Below are positions 9,226 through 17,661 of a DNA stretch of 41,132 bases, one piece after another. The notes below the pieces were generated by a model. It had not been told where the DNA came from. It saw only the letters and a list, made by a program, of their open reading frames with translations, and searched no databases. The DNA is taken from the NCBI GenBank assembly GCA_964622565.1, contig CAZUQL010000001.1, forward strand, positions 1 through 41,132, written 5' to 3'. Within the stretch, counting starts at the first letter, position 1, and each line of letters opens with the position of its first letter. The DNA comes from Candidatus Woesearchaeota archaeon. Its GTDB lineage: Archaea > Nanobdellota > Nanobdellia > Pacearchaeales > GW2011-AR1. The position numbers and the translations under genes were made by a program.

Positions 9226-10566
9226 TTATACTTTCAGTTTTCCTAAATCCTGCATTAAGTGGCATTCTTTTCCAGCCCGATAACCCATTTCTCTACAAAG
9301 TTCAATCATAGGAGTTAGTTGAGCTGTTGAGCCGTGAGCAGGAATAATATTTTGAGGATTTAAAATTGAAATCAAATCTCTCAAATCTTCTCTTCCGCCG
9401 TGACCTGAAACATGAACATTATCAAATATTCTCACTCCTGATTTTTTTAATCTCTTATCCATGTTTTCTTTATTTGCAATATTAATTGGAACAGGGATAG
9501 TCTTTGAAGAGAATACTAAATTATCATTTTGTTTAAATTCAAATGGAAGTTCTCTTCGAGAAATTCTATCTAAAACACTTCCCGGTTCTCCTTGATGACC
9601 CGTACAAACAACCAAATATTTACTTGGGTTAGTTGAGACTCTCTTTAAAATCGACTCTACTTGTCTTTTGTAACTTCCCATTTTAACATCTCTTGCAAAA
9701 TTTGCCATTCCAACTTGAGATGCTGCTGAGACATATTTTTTTAAACTTCTTCCGATGAAAAAAACTTCTCTATTTAATTTATAGGCAAAGTCAACAATAC
9801 TCTTTAATCTTGCAATGTGGGAAGAGAAAGTTGAAACAAAAATGCAGGATTTTCTATTTTGAACAGTTAGAAGAACTTCTTCAAGCATTGCTCGTGCAAT
9901 TTTCTCGCTTGGTGTTTTTGTGTCTGAACCAGAATAAAGAGAATCAACAATTAGTGCTTTTACTCCTTCTTTTGCAATTTTTCTAAGTGCATGGTAATTT
10001 GGAGGCAATCCGACAATGGGATTATCATCGAGTTTGAAATCATTTGCATAGAGAACAACCCCTTCGGGCGTGTGAAGTGCAATCATAGAAGTTTGAATTG
10101 TTGAATGAGTGATGTTAATGAATTCTGCTTCATAATTTCGTTTTTTACCTTTAACAATAAATGAACTATTTGGTTTAAGAGAAACAATTTTATTTGGGAT
10201 TGAGATCTTTTCGTCAACTAAAATCTGTTTTAAAACTGCATTAGTAAATGGCGTTCCTACAATTGGAGCATTATAACGATAAGACATGTAAGGTAATGCG
10301 CCTATATGGTCAAGGTGAGCGTGTCCTAAAAGAATTGAACGGATATTTTTTCTAATTCCTAACTTATCTAAAACCAAGTCATCTGCAATCGCTCCCATTC
10401 CTCTTAACTTTTTTTCAGAAATTTGTTTTTGAATCTCTTGTTCTTGAAGCTCTACAATTGCAGGCATATAAAATCCAGAATCAAACATAACTGCATCGTC
10501 GCCAAGATTAACTACAGTCATATTTTTTCCCACTTCATTAAATCCCCCTAAAGTATGTATTTCCAT
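9226..10566 (-). CDS. rnj: Archaeal RNase J (metallo-beta-lactamase/beta-CASP ribonuclease)
   Basis: LGGFNEVGKNMTVV start, HxHxDH motif (LGHAHLDHIGALP), and beta-CASP-region D and H residues (ANDFKLD, HVSGHG). The ~446 aa size has no KH domains, so it fits aRNase J rather than aCPSF1. Confidence 0.85.
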   Translation of the reverse strand: MEIHTLGGFNEVGKNMTVVNLGDDAVMFDSGFYMPAIVELQEQEIQKQISEKKLRGMGAIADDLVLDKLGIRKNIRSILLGHAHLDHIGALPYMSYRYNAPIVGTPFTNAVLKQILVDEKISIPNKIVSLKPNSSFIVKGKKRNYEAEFINITHSTIQTSMIALHTPEGVVLYANDFKLDDNPIVGLPPNYHALRKIAKEGVKALIVDSLYSGSDTKTPSEKIARAMLEEVLLTVQNRKSCIFVSTFSSHIARLKSIVDFAYKLNREVFFIGRSLKKYVSAASQVGMANFARDVKMGSYKRQVESILKRVSTNPSKYLVVCTGHQGEPGSVLDRISRRELPFEFKQNDNLVFSSKTIPVPINIANKENMDKRLKKSGVRIFDNVHVSGHGGREDLRDLISILNPQNIIPAHGSTAQLTPMIELCREMGYRAGKECHLMQDLGKLKV

Positions 10567-10609
10567 TCTCTTTTATTCCAACTAAAAGAAATAAGGGTTT
10601 AATAATCTT

Positions 10610-11398
10610 TCAGTAGTTGAAAGTTTCCCAGAACACCAATCTGTTTTTGTTGTCTCTAAGAAAGAAAGTGTCACCTGTTTCAGTCCAAACCACCCCTTCG
10701 TCCCAAAAAATAGTTGTAGAAGAATTTTTTCCTTTACCCGCAATAATCGATACTTGAGAACTTGGGAACAGAACAAAACTCGGAAAGTAAAATTCCTTTC
10801 TTCCTTCTTCTTTAATCTTCCACAAAGTTAAATCACAAGAAAAAGAACAGATATTTTCTAAAACTACTTTTTGAGTTTTGAAGTTTAATTCTTTTAGGGA
10901 GATACAATTTGAGCATTTATTAGTTGAAGGTTCGCAAAGATTTTTTTGGTTTAGAATGCACTCTTCCCAAGCATTAAAGAATTGCTCTGTAAATTTGTCT
11001 TTTCCTGAAGGGAAGTAGGGGTTTGCAAACCCTTGTCTTATGATCTCAGAGTTGAGGTTTTCATTTTCAAAGAAAATATATGCAAGAGTTCGATTGTATT
11101 TGTCTTTCTTGTCTTTTCCAAATTCTAATAAAACTGTTTTGTTGAATATTTTTTGAATTAGATAGTTCTTTGCTTCACTTGAAAATTCTTCGCCTGTTTC
11201 TGGACAGTTGATTCCTAAAAGTCTTATTGAATTTTTTTGGAATTTTACAGTGTCTCCATCTACAACAGAAGTTACAAAAATAGAGTTCCCTGTTGGAAAA
11301 AAACCCTTAAGTTTTGAATCTAAAAAATTATAATTTATTAAGAAAAACGCAAGAATTAGAAAAAGGAGTAATATTAAATTTTTCAATTTTAAATTCAT
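10610..11398 (-). CDS. Membrane-anchored or secreted thermonuclease (SNase) fused to a lamin-tail-like domain
   Basis: VVDGDTVKF...IRLLGINCPE...RTLAYIF is the staphylococcal nuclease core. The C-terminus (LWKIKEEGRKEFYFPSFVLFPSSQVSIIAGKG...VWTETGDTFFLRDNKNRLV) matches the LTD pattern. I start at Met24 (MNLKLKNLILLLFLILAFFLI, signal/anchor), which has a TATA-like ATATTTATAA about 28 nt upstream. Confidence 0.75.
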   Translation of the reverse strand: MNLKLKNLILLLFLILAFFLINYNFLDSKLKGFFPTGNSIFVTSVVDGDTVKFQKNSIRLLGINCPETGEEFSSEAKNYLIQKIFNKTVLLEFGKDKKDKYNRTLAYIFFENENLNSEIIRQGFANPYFPSGKDKFTEQFFNAWEECILNQKNLCEPSTNKCSNCISLKELNFKTQKVVLENICSFSCDLTLWKIKEEGRKEFYFPSFVLFPSSQVSIIAGKGKNSSTTIFWDEGVVWTETGDTFFLRDNKNRLVFWETFNY

Positions 11399-11558
11399 AA
11401 TTAATTTAAAATTAAAGATTATAAATATTTTTTGAAAAGGCGTAGGAGAAAGATGCCGAAACATCATAACCGAAGTTATTTTTCTCCCACGTAAAATAGT
11501 AGTTTTTTAGGTATATAATTTTGAGCGACCCTCATTAAATTACAACAGATTTAGAAAA

Positions 11559-11642
11559 TGCGGGAGATAGGGTTCGAACCTACGCAAGCACAAGGCTACA
11601 GGATCTTAAGTCCTGCCTGTTTGACCACTCCAGCACTCCCGC
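11559..11642 (-). tRNA. tRNA-Leu (anticodon UAA), type II with long variable arm
   Basis: The reverse complement reads GCGGGAG UG CUG GAGUGGUCAAA CAG G CAGGA CUUAAGA UCCUG UAGCCUUGUGCUUGC GUAGG UUCGAAC CCUAU CUCCCGC A. It has a 7-bp acceptor stem, a 5-bp anticodon stem, anticodon UAA, a UUCGAAC T-loop and a 15-nt variable arm. No intron and no encoded CCA. Confidence 0.9.
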
Positions 11643-11686
11643 TTATAAAATAGATTTTTTAGAAACTTATAAACTTAACTATGGAA

Positions 11687-11905
11687 TTACTTACTCTTCT
11701 GGATTTTAACTCCAAGCTCCTCGAGTCGCTTTAAGTGACTTTGCATAATTGACTCTACAATTTGGAGCATTTTAATTAATTCGTTTCTTTCATTTACAAG
11801 TGTTGTTAAAGCTCCTTTATGATAACCCACTTCTTCAGCTTTAGAAATCTTTGGAGCCTCATTATTTGATTCGAGTGCCTTTTCAAGATCTGTTTTTTTG
11901 TTCAT
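11687..11905 (-). CDS. Small helical protein translationally coupled to trxB
   Basis: 72-aa ORF whose ATG overlaps the trxB stop as ATGA. Predicted coiled coil (LVNERNELIKMLQIVESIMQSHLKRLEELG). No family recognised. Confidence 0.45.
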   Translation of the reverse strand: MNKKTDLEKALESNNEAPKISKAEEVGYHKGALTTLVNERNELIKMLQIVESIMQSHLKRLEELGVKIQKSK

Positions 11906-12816
11906 CTTAATTTACTTACATAATCGTAAGCGTTTTTTGCAGCAATGGCTCCTTGTGACGAAGCAACTACAACTTGTTTTAGTTTTTGATTAGTGATATC
12001 TCCACAAGCCCAAACTCCTTCTAAAGAGGTCTCCATGTTTTCATTAACTCGAATATAATTTTCTTCTAATTCTAAATTTAAATTTTTAGTAAATTCAACT
12101 AACGGTGTGCTTCCTATTTCTACGAAAATTCCTTCGATAGCTATTTCTTTTTTGTTTCCTTTTTCATCGAGGACAAGTTTTTCAACTTTTTCTTTTCCTA
12201 AAATTTCTTTTGGAACCACATTATAATGGATTTCTACATTTTCCTTATTTTCAAGTCTTTTTGTGGTTATGTCTTCGCAACGAAGTTTTTCTCCTCGATA
12301 AAATATGTAAACTTTTTTTGCAATGTCTGAAAGAGCAAGAGCAGATGTTGCTGCACAGTCGCTTCCTCCAATAACTCCTGCTATTTTATCCTTGAAAAAA
12401 AACGCATCACAAGTAACACAATATGAAACCCCTTTTCCAGTAAATTCTTTCTCTCCTTTGATTCCTAATTTTTTTCTTTCTGTTCCTGTTGCAATGATTA
12501 ATGCTTTTGAAGAAATTTCGTCTTTGTTGGTTTTGACAATGAATTCATTTTTAATCTTTGAAACTGACTCTGCGTCCTTCATTAAAAACATTATATCTTT
12601 GTATTCTTTTAATTGATTGTAGAATTGCATCATTAGTTGTGTTCCTTTTCCAGAAAATCCTGGCCAGTTTTCTAACGATAGAATAGAATTTGCAGTTCCC
12701 CCGATGTCTTTGGATAGTATTGCTGTTTTCAAACCTGAACGCGCTGCGTAAAGTCCAGCTGTCAAACCAGCGGGCCCTGCTCCAATAATAATTAAATCAT
12801 ATGAATTTGAGTTCAT
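11902..12816 (-). CDS. trxB: Thioredoxin-disulfide reductase
   Basis: FAD motif YDLIIIGAGPAGLTAGLYAARSG, redox-active CVTC (SYCVTCDAFFF), an NAD(P)H Rossmann motif (GVIGGSDCAA), and C-terminal ACGD...Q.V.A...G..AA. Confidence 0.9.
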   Translation of the reverse strand: MNSNSYDLIIIGAGPAGLTAGLYAARSGLKTAILSKDIGGTANSILSLENWPGFSGKGTQLMMQFYNQLKEYKDIMFLMKDAESVSKIKNEFIVKTNKDEISSKALIIATGTERKKLGIKGEKEFTGKGVSYCVTCDAFFFKDKIAGVIGGSDCAATSALALSDIAKKVYIFYRGEKLRCEDITTKRLENKENVEIHYNVVPKEILGKEKVEKLVLDEKGNKKEIAIEGIFVEIGSTPLVEFTKNLNLELEENYIRVNENMETSLEGVWACGDITNQKLKQVVVASSQGAIAAKNAYDYVSKLR

Positions 12817-12849
12817 AAAGTTTATAACCTATGTTCCTTTTTATATTTT
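12817..12849. promoter_or_regulatory. 33-bp bidirectional promoter (two opposed TATA boxes) for trxB and argS
   Basis: TTTATAA at 12821-12827 is centred about 26 nt before the argS ATG (12850). AATATAAA on the reverse strand (12840-12847) is centred about 27 nt before the trxB ATG (12816). Confidence 0.5.
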
Positions 12850-14559
12850 ATGAAAACAGAAATTGCAAAACTTTTGTTTAAAGCAATAAAAGAAGAGGCA
12901 AAAAATCAAGAGGTTGGCGTTGATTTAACAGAGGAAAAAATTATAAATTTAATTGAGATCCCTCCTTCTGTGGAAATGGGAGATTATGCTTTTCCGTGTT
13001 TTATTCTTTCAAAATATTTTAAAATTGCCCCCCAAGAGGTTTCGATTCTAATCAGAAAAAATCTTCCAACAAAAAACTTTTCAGACATTCAAACTGCTGG
13101 GCCTTATATTAATTTTTTTGTAGATCGAAATAAATCAACATTAAATTTGATTAAATCAATTTTAAAACAAAAAGAGAAATTTGGGGGTTCGGATGTAGGG
13201 GGAGGGGATAAAGTTTTAATAGAGTTTTCTCAACCAAACACCCACAAGGCGTTTCATGTTGGGCATATAAGAGGGACTTCAATTGGAGAGAGTTTATCAA
13301 GGATTAGTGAATTCTCTAAAAATAAAGTTATAAGGGCAAATTATAGTGGAGATACGGGAATGCATATTGCAAAGTGGATTTGGTGTTATGGAAAGTACCA
13401 CTCTCGAGAAAAATTAAAAAACGACGAGTCGTGGATTGCTTCAGTTTATGTTGATGCAGTGAAGCGATTAGCAAGAAATAAAAAATCGCAAGATGAGGTC
13501 AATGTAATCAATCAAAAGATAGAAAATAAGAGCGATAAAACAATTAATCGTATATGGGCGAAAACCCGTAAGCTTTCAATTGAATCTTGGAAAAAGATTT
13601 ACCAGGAATTAAATACTAAATTTGACGTGCATTTTTTTGAAAGTGAAGTAGAAATCCCCGGAAGAGAGATTGCTTTAGATTTATTAAAAAAAGGCATTGC
13701 AAAAAAAAGTGAGGGTGCGGTGATAATGGATTTAAGAGAATATGACCGGGGTGTATGGGTTTTGTTAAGAAAAGACGGAACGGTTTTATATTCTGCAAAA
13801 GATATTGCATTAGCTGAAAAAAAGTATAAAAAATTTCTATCAGATAGATACCTCGTAGTTGTTGGAGACGAACAGAAATTTCATTTTCAGCAATTGGTGA
13901 AAACATTAGAGATGATGGATGTTCCATTTAAGGACAATTATGGATTTTTACCATTTGGGATGATTAGATTTCCTACTGGAAAAATGTCTTCTCGGACTGG
14001 AGAAAATGTTCTTTACTCCACATTTATTGAAGAAGTAAAAAAACTAGCAAGCAAGGAAGTTAAAAAAAGAGAACCTAAGATAAGAAGGGGTGAATTAGAA
14101 AAAAGATCTTTAGGGATATCTATTGCTGCGATAAAATACTCTATGTTAAAACAAGATCCAAAAAAAATAATTATTTTTAATCCAAAAGAATCAATTTCAT
14201 TTGAAGGAAACACTGGCCCGTATCTTCTTTATAGTTATGCACGTGCCTCGAGTATTTTAAGGAAAGTTAAAACAAAACAAATGTTAAGATTAGGAAACTT
14301 GGATGAAAAAGAATTAGAACTGATTAAGTCCCTTTCTAAATTTCCAGAAGTTGTTTCGAATGCTTATAAAAATTTGAATCCTTCTTTAATTGCAAATTAT
14401 GCGTATGAGATTTCTCACTTGTTTAATGAGTTTTACCATGCCTGTCCTGTTGCAAATTCTAAAAAAGAAAAATTTAGAATAATGTTAGTTGAAAGTTTTA
14501 GAATTGTTTTAAAAAATTCTTTGAATTTATTAGGGATTGATACACTAGAAAAAATGTAA
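12850..14559 (+). CDS. argS: Arginine--tRNA ligase
   Basis: Class I HIGH motif (NTHKAFHVGHIRGTSIG), the MSSR variant of KMSKS (GKMSSRTGENV), and a DALR anticodon-binding C-terminus ending in ...LGIDTLEKM. Confidence 0.9.
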   Translation: MKTEIAKLLFKAIKEEAKNQEVGVDLTEEKIINLIEIPPSVEMGDYAFPCFILSKYFKIAPQEVSILIRKNLPTKNFSDIQTAGPYINFFVDRNKSTLNLIKSILKQKEKFGGSDVGGGDKVLIEFSQPNTHKAFHVGHIRGTSIGESLSRISEFSKNKVIRANYSGDTGMHIAKWIWCYGKYHSREKLKNDESWIASVYVDAVKRLARNKKSQDEVNVINQKIENKSDKTINRIWAKTRKLSIESWKKIYQELNTKFDVHFFESEVEIPGREIALDLLKKGIAKKSEGAVIMDLREYDRGVWVLLRKDGTVLYSAKDIALAEKKYKKFLSDRYLVVVGDEQKFHFQQLVKTLEMMDVPFKDNYGFLPFGMIRFPTGKMSSRTGENVLYSTFIEEVKKLASKEVKKREPKIRRGELEKRSLGISIAAIKYSMLKQDPKKIIIFNPKESISFEGNTGPYLLYSYARASSILRKVKTKQMLRLGNLDEKELELIKSLSKFPEVVSNAYKNLNPSLIANYAYEISHLFNEFYHACPVANSKKEKFRIMLVESFRIVLKNSLNLLGIDTLEKM

Positions 14560-14622
14560 TTTACCGAAGAGTTTTTAAACACCTCTTACTTTAATTTTTT
14601 AATAATAAAAAAGGAGGTTAAA

Positions 14623-14844
14623 ATGGCAAAACAAAACGGTGGAAGCGTATTGCATTTACTTGCATGGTTTACTGGTGTAGTTGTTTCTCTTGCTGTAGGT
14701 AACGGACTTATCGATGGGTTATTAGGTCTTCCAACTTGGCTTGGCGGTGCAACAACCACAGGAATGTGGATTTCAGTAGCTATTGGTTGGATTGTGGTTA
14801 TCACAACAATTGTAAGCGCAGTAATGGCTCTTCTTAAAAAGTAA
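14623..14844 (+). CDS. Small two-TM membrane protein with a canonical Shine-Dalgarno leader
   Basis: 73 aa with two hydrophobic helices. AAGGAGGT at 14611-14618 lies 4 nt before the ATG. TATA-like AGTTTTTAAAC lies at about 14570-14580. Confidence 0.6.
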   Translation: MAKQNGGSVLHLLAWFTGVVVSLAVGNGLIDGLLGLPTWLGGATTTGMWISVAIGWIVVITTIVSAVMALLKK

Positions 14845-14857
14845 ATTCATTAATTTA

Positions 14858-14871
14858 TTTTTTATTTTTTT
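14858..14871 (+). terminator. Oligo-T termination signal
   Basis: A T6 and a T7 run (TTTTTTATTTTTTT) begin 14 nt after the stop of the small membrane-protein gene. Archaeal RNAP terminates at oligo-T tracts. Confidence 0.45.
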
Positions 14872-14908
14872 ACTTTAAATTTTTAAACTAGTTCTTTTTA
14901 TTTTTTAT

Positions 14909-16201
14909 ATGTTAGAAATATACTTTGAAACCTATGGATGTACTGCAAATCAAAATTCCTCGGAGATTATGAAGGGGATTGTAAGACAGGCAGGTTTGAA
15001 TTTAACTTCAAATTTAGATATTGCAGATTTAGTTGTGATTAATTCGTGTATTGTAAAAGAACCAACTCAGGAAAAAATTAGGGCAAGAGTTTTTGAGTTG
15101 TTAAAAAAACATAAAAAAATAATTTTAGCAGGTTGTATGCCTAGGTTAAATCAAGAATTTTTGCAATATGAAAATTTGTATTTATTAGATTCAAGTAAGA
15201 TAAAAAAGATTACGGATTTAATCCAAGCAATCCAAAATAAAGAGTATGATGAAGGGGATTATTTGAATAAATCAAATGAAGTTAAGTTAAATCTACCTAA
15301 GATAAATAATGAAAAGTTTGTGGGAATTACACAAATTTCAGAGGGTTGTTTAGGAAATTGTGCATACTGTATTGTAAAGGCAGCTAAGGGGAAATTATTT
15401 TCTTATCCTCAAAAAAAGATTATAGAATCAATTAAAAAAGATATTGAAAATAATTGTAGAGAAATTTGGATAACTTCTCAGGATAATGCAGCTTATGGAA
15501 ATGAATATGGAGAGCATAGCTTAATTGAATTGTTAAAAGAGATTTTGAAGATTAAAGGAAATTTTAAAGTTCGTCTTGGGATGATGAATCCGAATAATGT
15601 TTTGGAGATTCTTCCGGAATTGGTTGAGATTTTTAAAAATAAAAAAATGTTTCGGTTCTTGCATATTCCAATTCAGTCGGGTTCAGATAAGATTTTAAAA
15701 TTGATGAAACGGAAATATTCTTCAAAAGATGTTTTGAAGATTGTAAAAAAATTTAGAGAGAATATTCCAGACATTACTATTGCAACAGACATAATTGGGG
15801 GTTTTCCTGGAGAAGGGGACTTAGATTGGGTGCAGACAATAGACTTAGTAAAAAAAATAAAACCAGAAATATTAAATCGGAGCAATTTCGGAGTTCGTCC
15901 AGGAACATATGCAGAAGAATTAGCAAAGAAAAACCCGGTTAGTCCTGAGAAGATCAAAGAGAGAGCAAAAGAGATTATGGGAATTCATTTAGGAATTTGT
16001 AAAGAGATTCAAGAAGAGTATTTCGGAAAAGAAGTGAAAGTTTTTATTGATAAGAAAGGTTTTCAGAATACATGGTTGGGAAGAACAGACAATTACAAGT
16101 TAGTGGCTGTTTATTCTACAAAAAATTTGTTAGGTAAAACTTTAGAAGTTAAAATAAAAAAACTCTTGCCTCATTATTTGATGGGGGAATTATTTGACTA
16201 A
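14909..16201 (+). CDS. Archaeal MiaB-like radical-SAM methylthiotransferase (e-MtaB/CDKAL1-type)
   Basis: UPF0004 N-domain (FETYGCTANQNSSE...NSC), radical-SAM CLGNCAYC, and a C-terminal TRAM-like domain (GKEVKVFIDK...GRTDNYKLV). Confidence 0.85.
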   Translation: MLEIYFETYGCTANQNSSEIMKGIVRQAGLNLTSNLDIADLVVINSCIVKEPTQEKIRARVFELLKKHKKIILAGCMPRLNQEFLQYENLYLLDSSKIKKITDLIQAIQNKEYDEGDYLNKSNEVKLNLPKINNEKFVGITQISEGCLGNCAYCIVKAAKGKLFSYPQKKIIESIKKDIENNCREIWITSQDNAAYGNEYGEHSLIELLKEILKIKGNFKVRLGMMNPNNVLEILPELVEIFKNKKMFRFLHIPIQSGSDKILKLMKRKYSSKDVLKIVKKFRENIPDITIATDIIGGFPGEGDLDWVQTIDLVKKIKPEILNRSNFGVRPGTYAEELAKKNPVSPEKIKERAKEIMGIHLGICKEIQEEYFGKEVKVFIDKKGFQNTWLGRTDNYKLVAVYSTKNLLGKTLEVKIKKLLPHYLMGELFD

Positions 16202-16426
16202 GCTTCGTGAAGTGACTATTGCAATAAAAAAAAGAGGAAACATTAAAGAATCTATCTCAAGGATTAAAGAGATAAACCCAAATATTAAGCTTGAAAAGAT
16301 TATAACTTTAAACCAAAGTTGCCCTGACTTTAATTCCTCTTTTGTTATTTTTGCTAAAAAGTTTCCAATAGGAATTCCTAAGAATAAGATAATAATTCCG
16401 AAGATGAAACTAAATGTAGTTTGCAT
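16190..16426 (-). CDS. Small membrane protein (three hydrophobic segments)
   Basis: A fully overlapping ORF pair occupies both strands here. The minus-strand product (MQTTFSFIFGIIILFLGIPIGNFLAK...) has coherent TM helices, whereas the plus-strand product is a Lys/Ile-rich mirror. Confidence 0.45.
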   Translation of the reverse strand: MQTTFSFIFGIIILFLGIPIGNFLAKITKEELKSGQLWFKVIIFSSLIFGFISLILEIDSLMFPLFFIAIVTSRSLVK

Positions 16427-16456
16427 AGGATAATTAAGAATTCTTAATTTATAAGT

Positions 16457-17611
16457 TTATTCAACGGGGTTTTCTATTCTTAATAATTGAAGGTTTCCGA
16501 AATCTCTCAAGCCGGGCATTTTCTGAAGTATTTCCTCTAGTTTTGATTGCTTTATTTTTTCTAATAATGTTTCTGCTTCGGAGGGGCTTGTATCTTGTCT
16601 TACTAAAGAAGTACTTCCTCCAAGAAGTTTTATTTCCTGTTTTGCTATGTTTAATCGAGTTACTCTTTTCTGTTCTTCTACTTCTTGTAATGTTTTTTCT
16701 AATAAATCGAATACAAATTCTTCTTTCTGGTCTTCATCTAGGGGGGTGGTTCCTCTTTTCCACAAACCGAATCTCCGCAAAATTTCTAATGCTACATTAG
16801 AATGCATTATTTGTCTTCCATAACTTTCAATTACATAATCTAAAACAGACTGTTGATTCACCTCTTGATAAACTTCTGCAACAACTATTCTCCTTCCTTG
16901 AGTTCCGAATCTTTGCTTAACATTTGTTTTTAGGGGAAATTTCCCAACAAGAATTGATAGGTGATCTGCAAGATTTCCTCTTTCTTCATCACTTAAATTT
17001 ATCCAACTATTTTTATAGATAATTTTTCTATATCTTAATTTTTCAAGTGCTTTGAGATATTCTCCATCGGTAACTAACTCATCTATTTCTTGAAGTGCTT
17101 CTTGAAGTGAGTTTAGTTTTAGTTGGGATCTTCTTTCTGCAGATTCTTCAGTGTCTCCGGTTATCTCAAACCATTGAGAAATAGTTCCGTTTTTTAATCT
17201 TGTTTCATAATCAATTTTTCTTCTCTGCTCCTCTGTTGCTCTATAAACAAGGTCCATCTCTTCTTCACTGGCAGCACCTATCCAAAGGAAGGGTTCAGTA
17301 TCAAAAAGATAGTCTCCATCTGGACCTGGTTCTCTCCATGTTAAAAAAGGTAGATATCCGAGAACTTCTCCTTCTACTACTTTTTTTCCGTCTGTCACGC
17401 ACCTTAAATAATGTTGTCTTGTTGCTTCCCATTCTTCAGGAGTTTGAGTTCTATTCTCAATTGCACCTGTTGTAGATTTCCAAAATTTAATTTTTGAAGT
17501 TTTATCGGTGTATTTATTTAAAACTTTGACTTCAAAACCATCTTGTCTTAATTTAGCTATTGTTTTGAGTTCTTCTTCATTAGAAACAATCAAATATTTG
17601 AAATCTTCCAT
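16457..17611 (-). CDS. Hypothetical 384-aa soluble protein (orphan, Arg/Glu/Gln/Trp-rich)
   Basis: Long uninterrupted ORF. Reverse-strand CCTATAAATG (17630-17639) lies about 24 nt upstream of the ATG. No motif recognised. Confidence 0.6.
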   Translation of the reverse strand: MEDFKYLIVSNEEELKTIAKLRQDGFEVKVLNKYTDKTSKIKFWKSTTGAIENRTQTPEEWEATRQHYLRCVTDGKKVVEGEVLGYLPFLTWREPGPDGDYLFDTEPFLWIGAASEEEMDLVYRATEEQRRKIDYETRLKNGTISQWFEITGDTEESAERRSQLKLNSLQEALQEIDELVTDGEYLKALEKLRYRKIIYKNSWINLSDEERGNLADHLSILVGKFPLKTNVKQRFGTQGRRIVVAEVYQEVNQQSVLDYVIESYGRQIMHSNVALEILRRFGLWKRGTTPLDEDQKEEFVFDLLEKTLQEVEEQKRVTRLNIAKQEIKLLGGSTSLVRQDTSPSEAETLLEKIKQSKLEEILQKMPGLRDFGNLQLLRIENPVE

Positions 17612-17661
17612 AAAATTTAATCTTAGCTACATTTATAGGAATTATGGTTCTAAAAAATAGA

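Noticed and set aside
11468-11686. tRNA-Leu as an integration hotspot or genomic-island boundary.
   Set aside because: There is no integrase or recombinase gene, no direct repeat of the tRNA 3' end nearby, and the flanking genes (nuclease, trxB) are ordinary chromosomal genes.
16194-16433. Plus-strand 79-aa ORF that is fully antisense to the 16190-16426 membrane-protein ORF.
   Set aside because: The plus-strand product is a Lys/Ile/Asn-rich string with no structure. The minus-strand product forms coherent TM helices. Only one of the two can reasonably be real, and even that call is weak.
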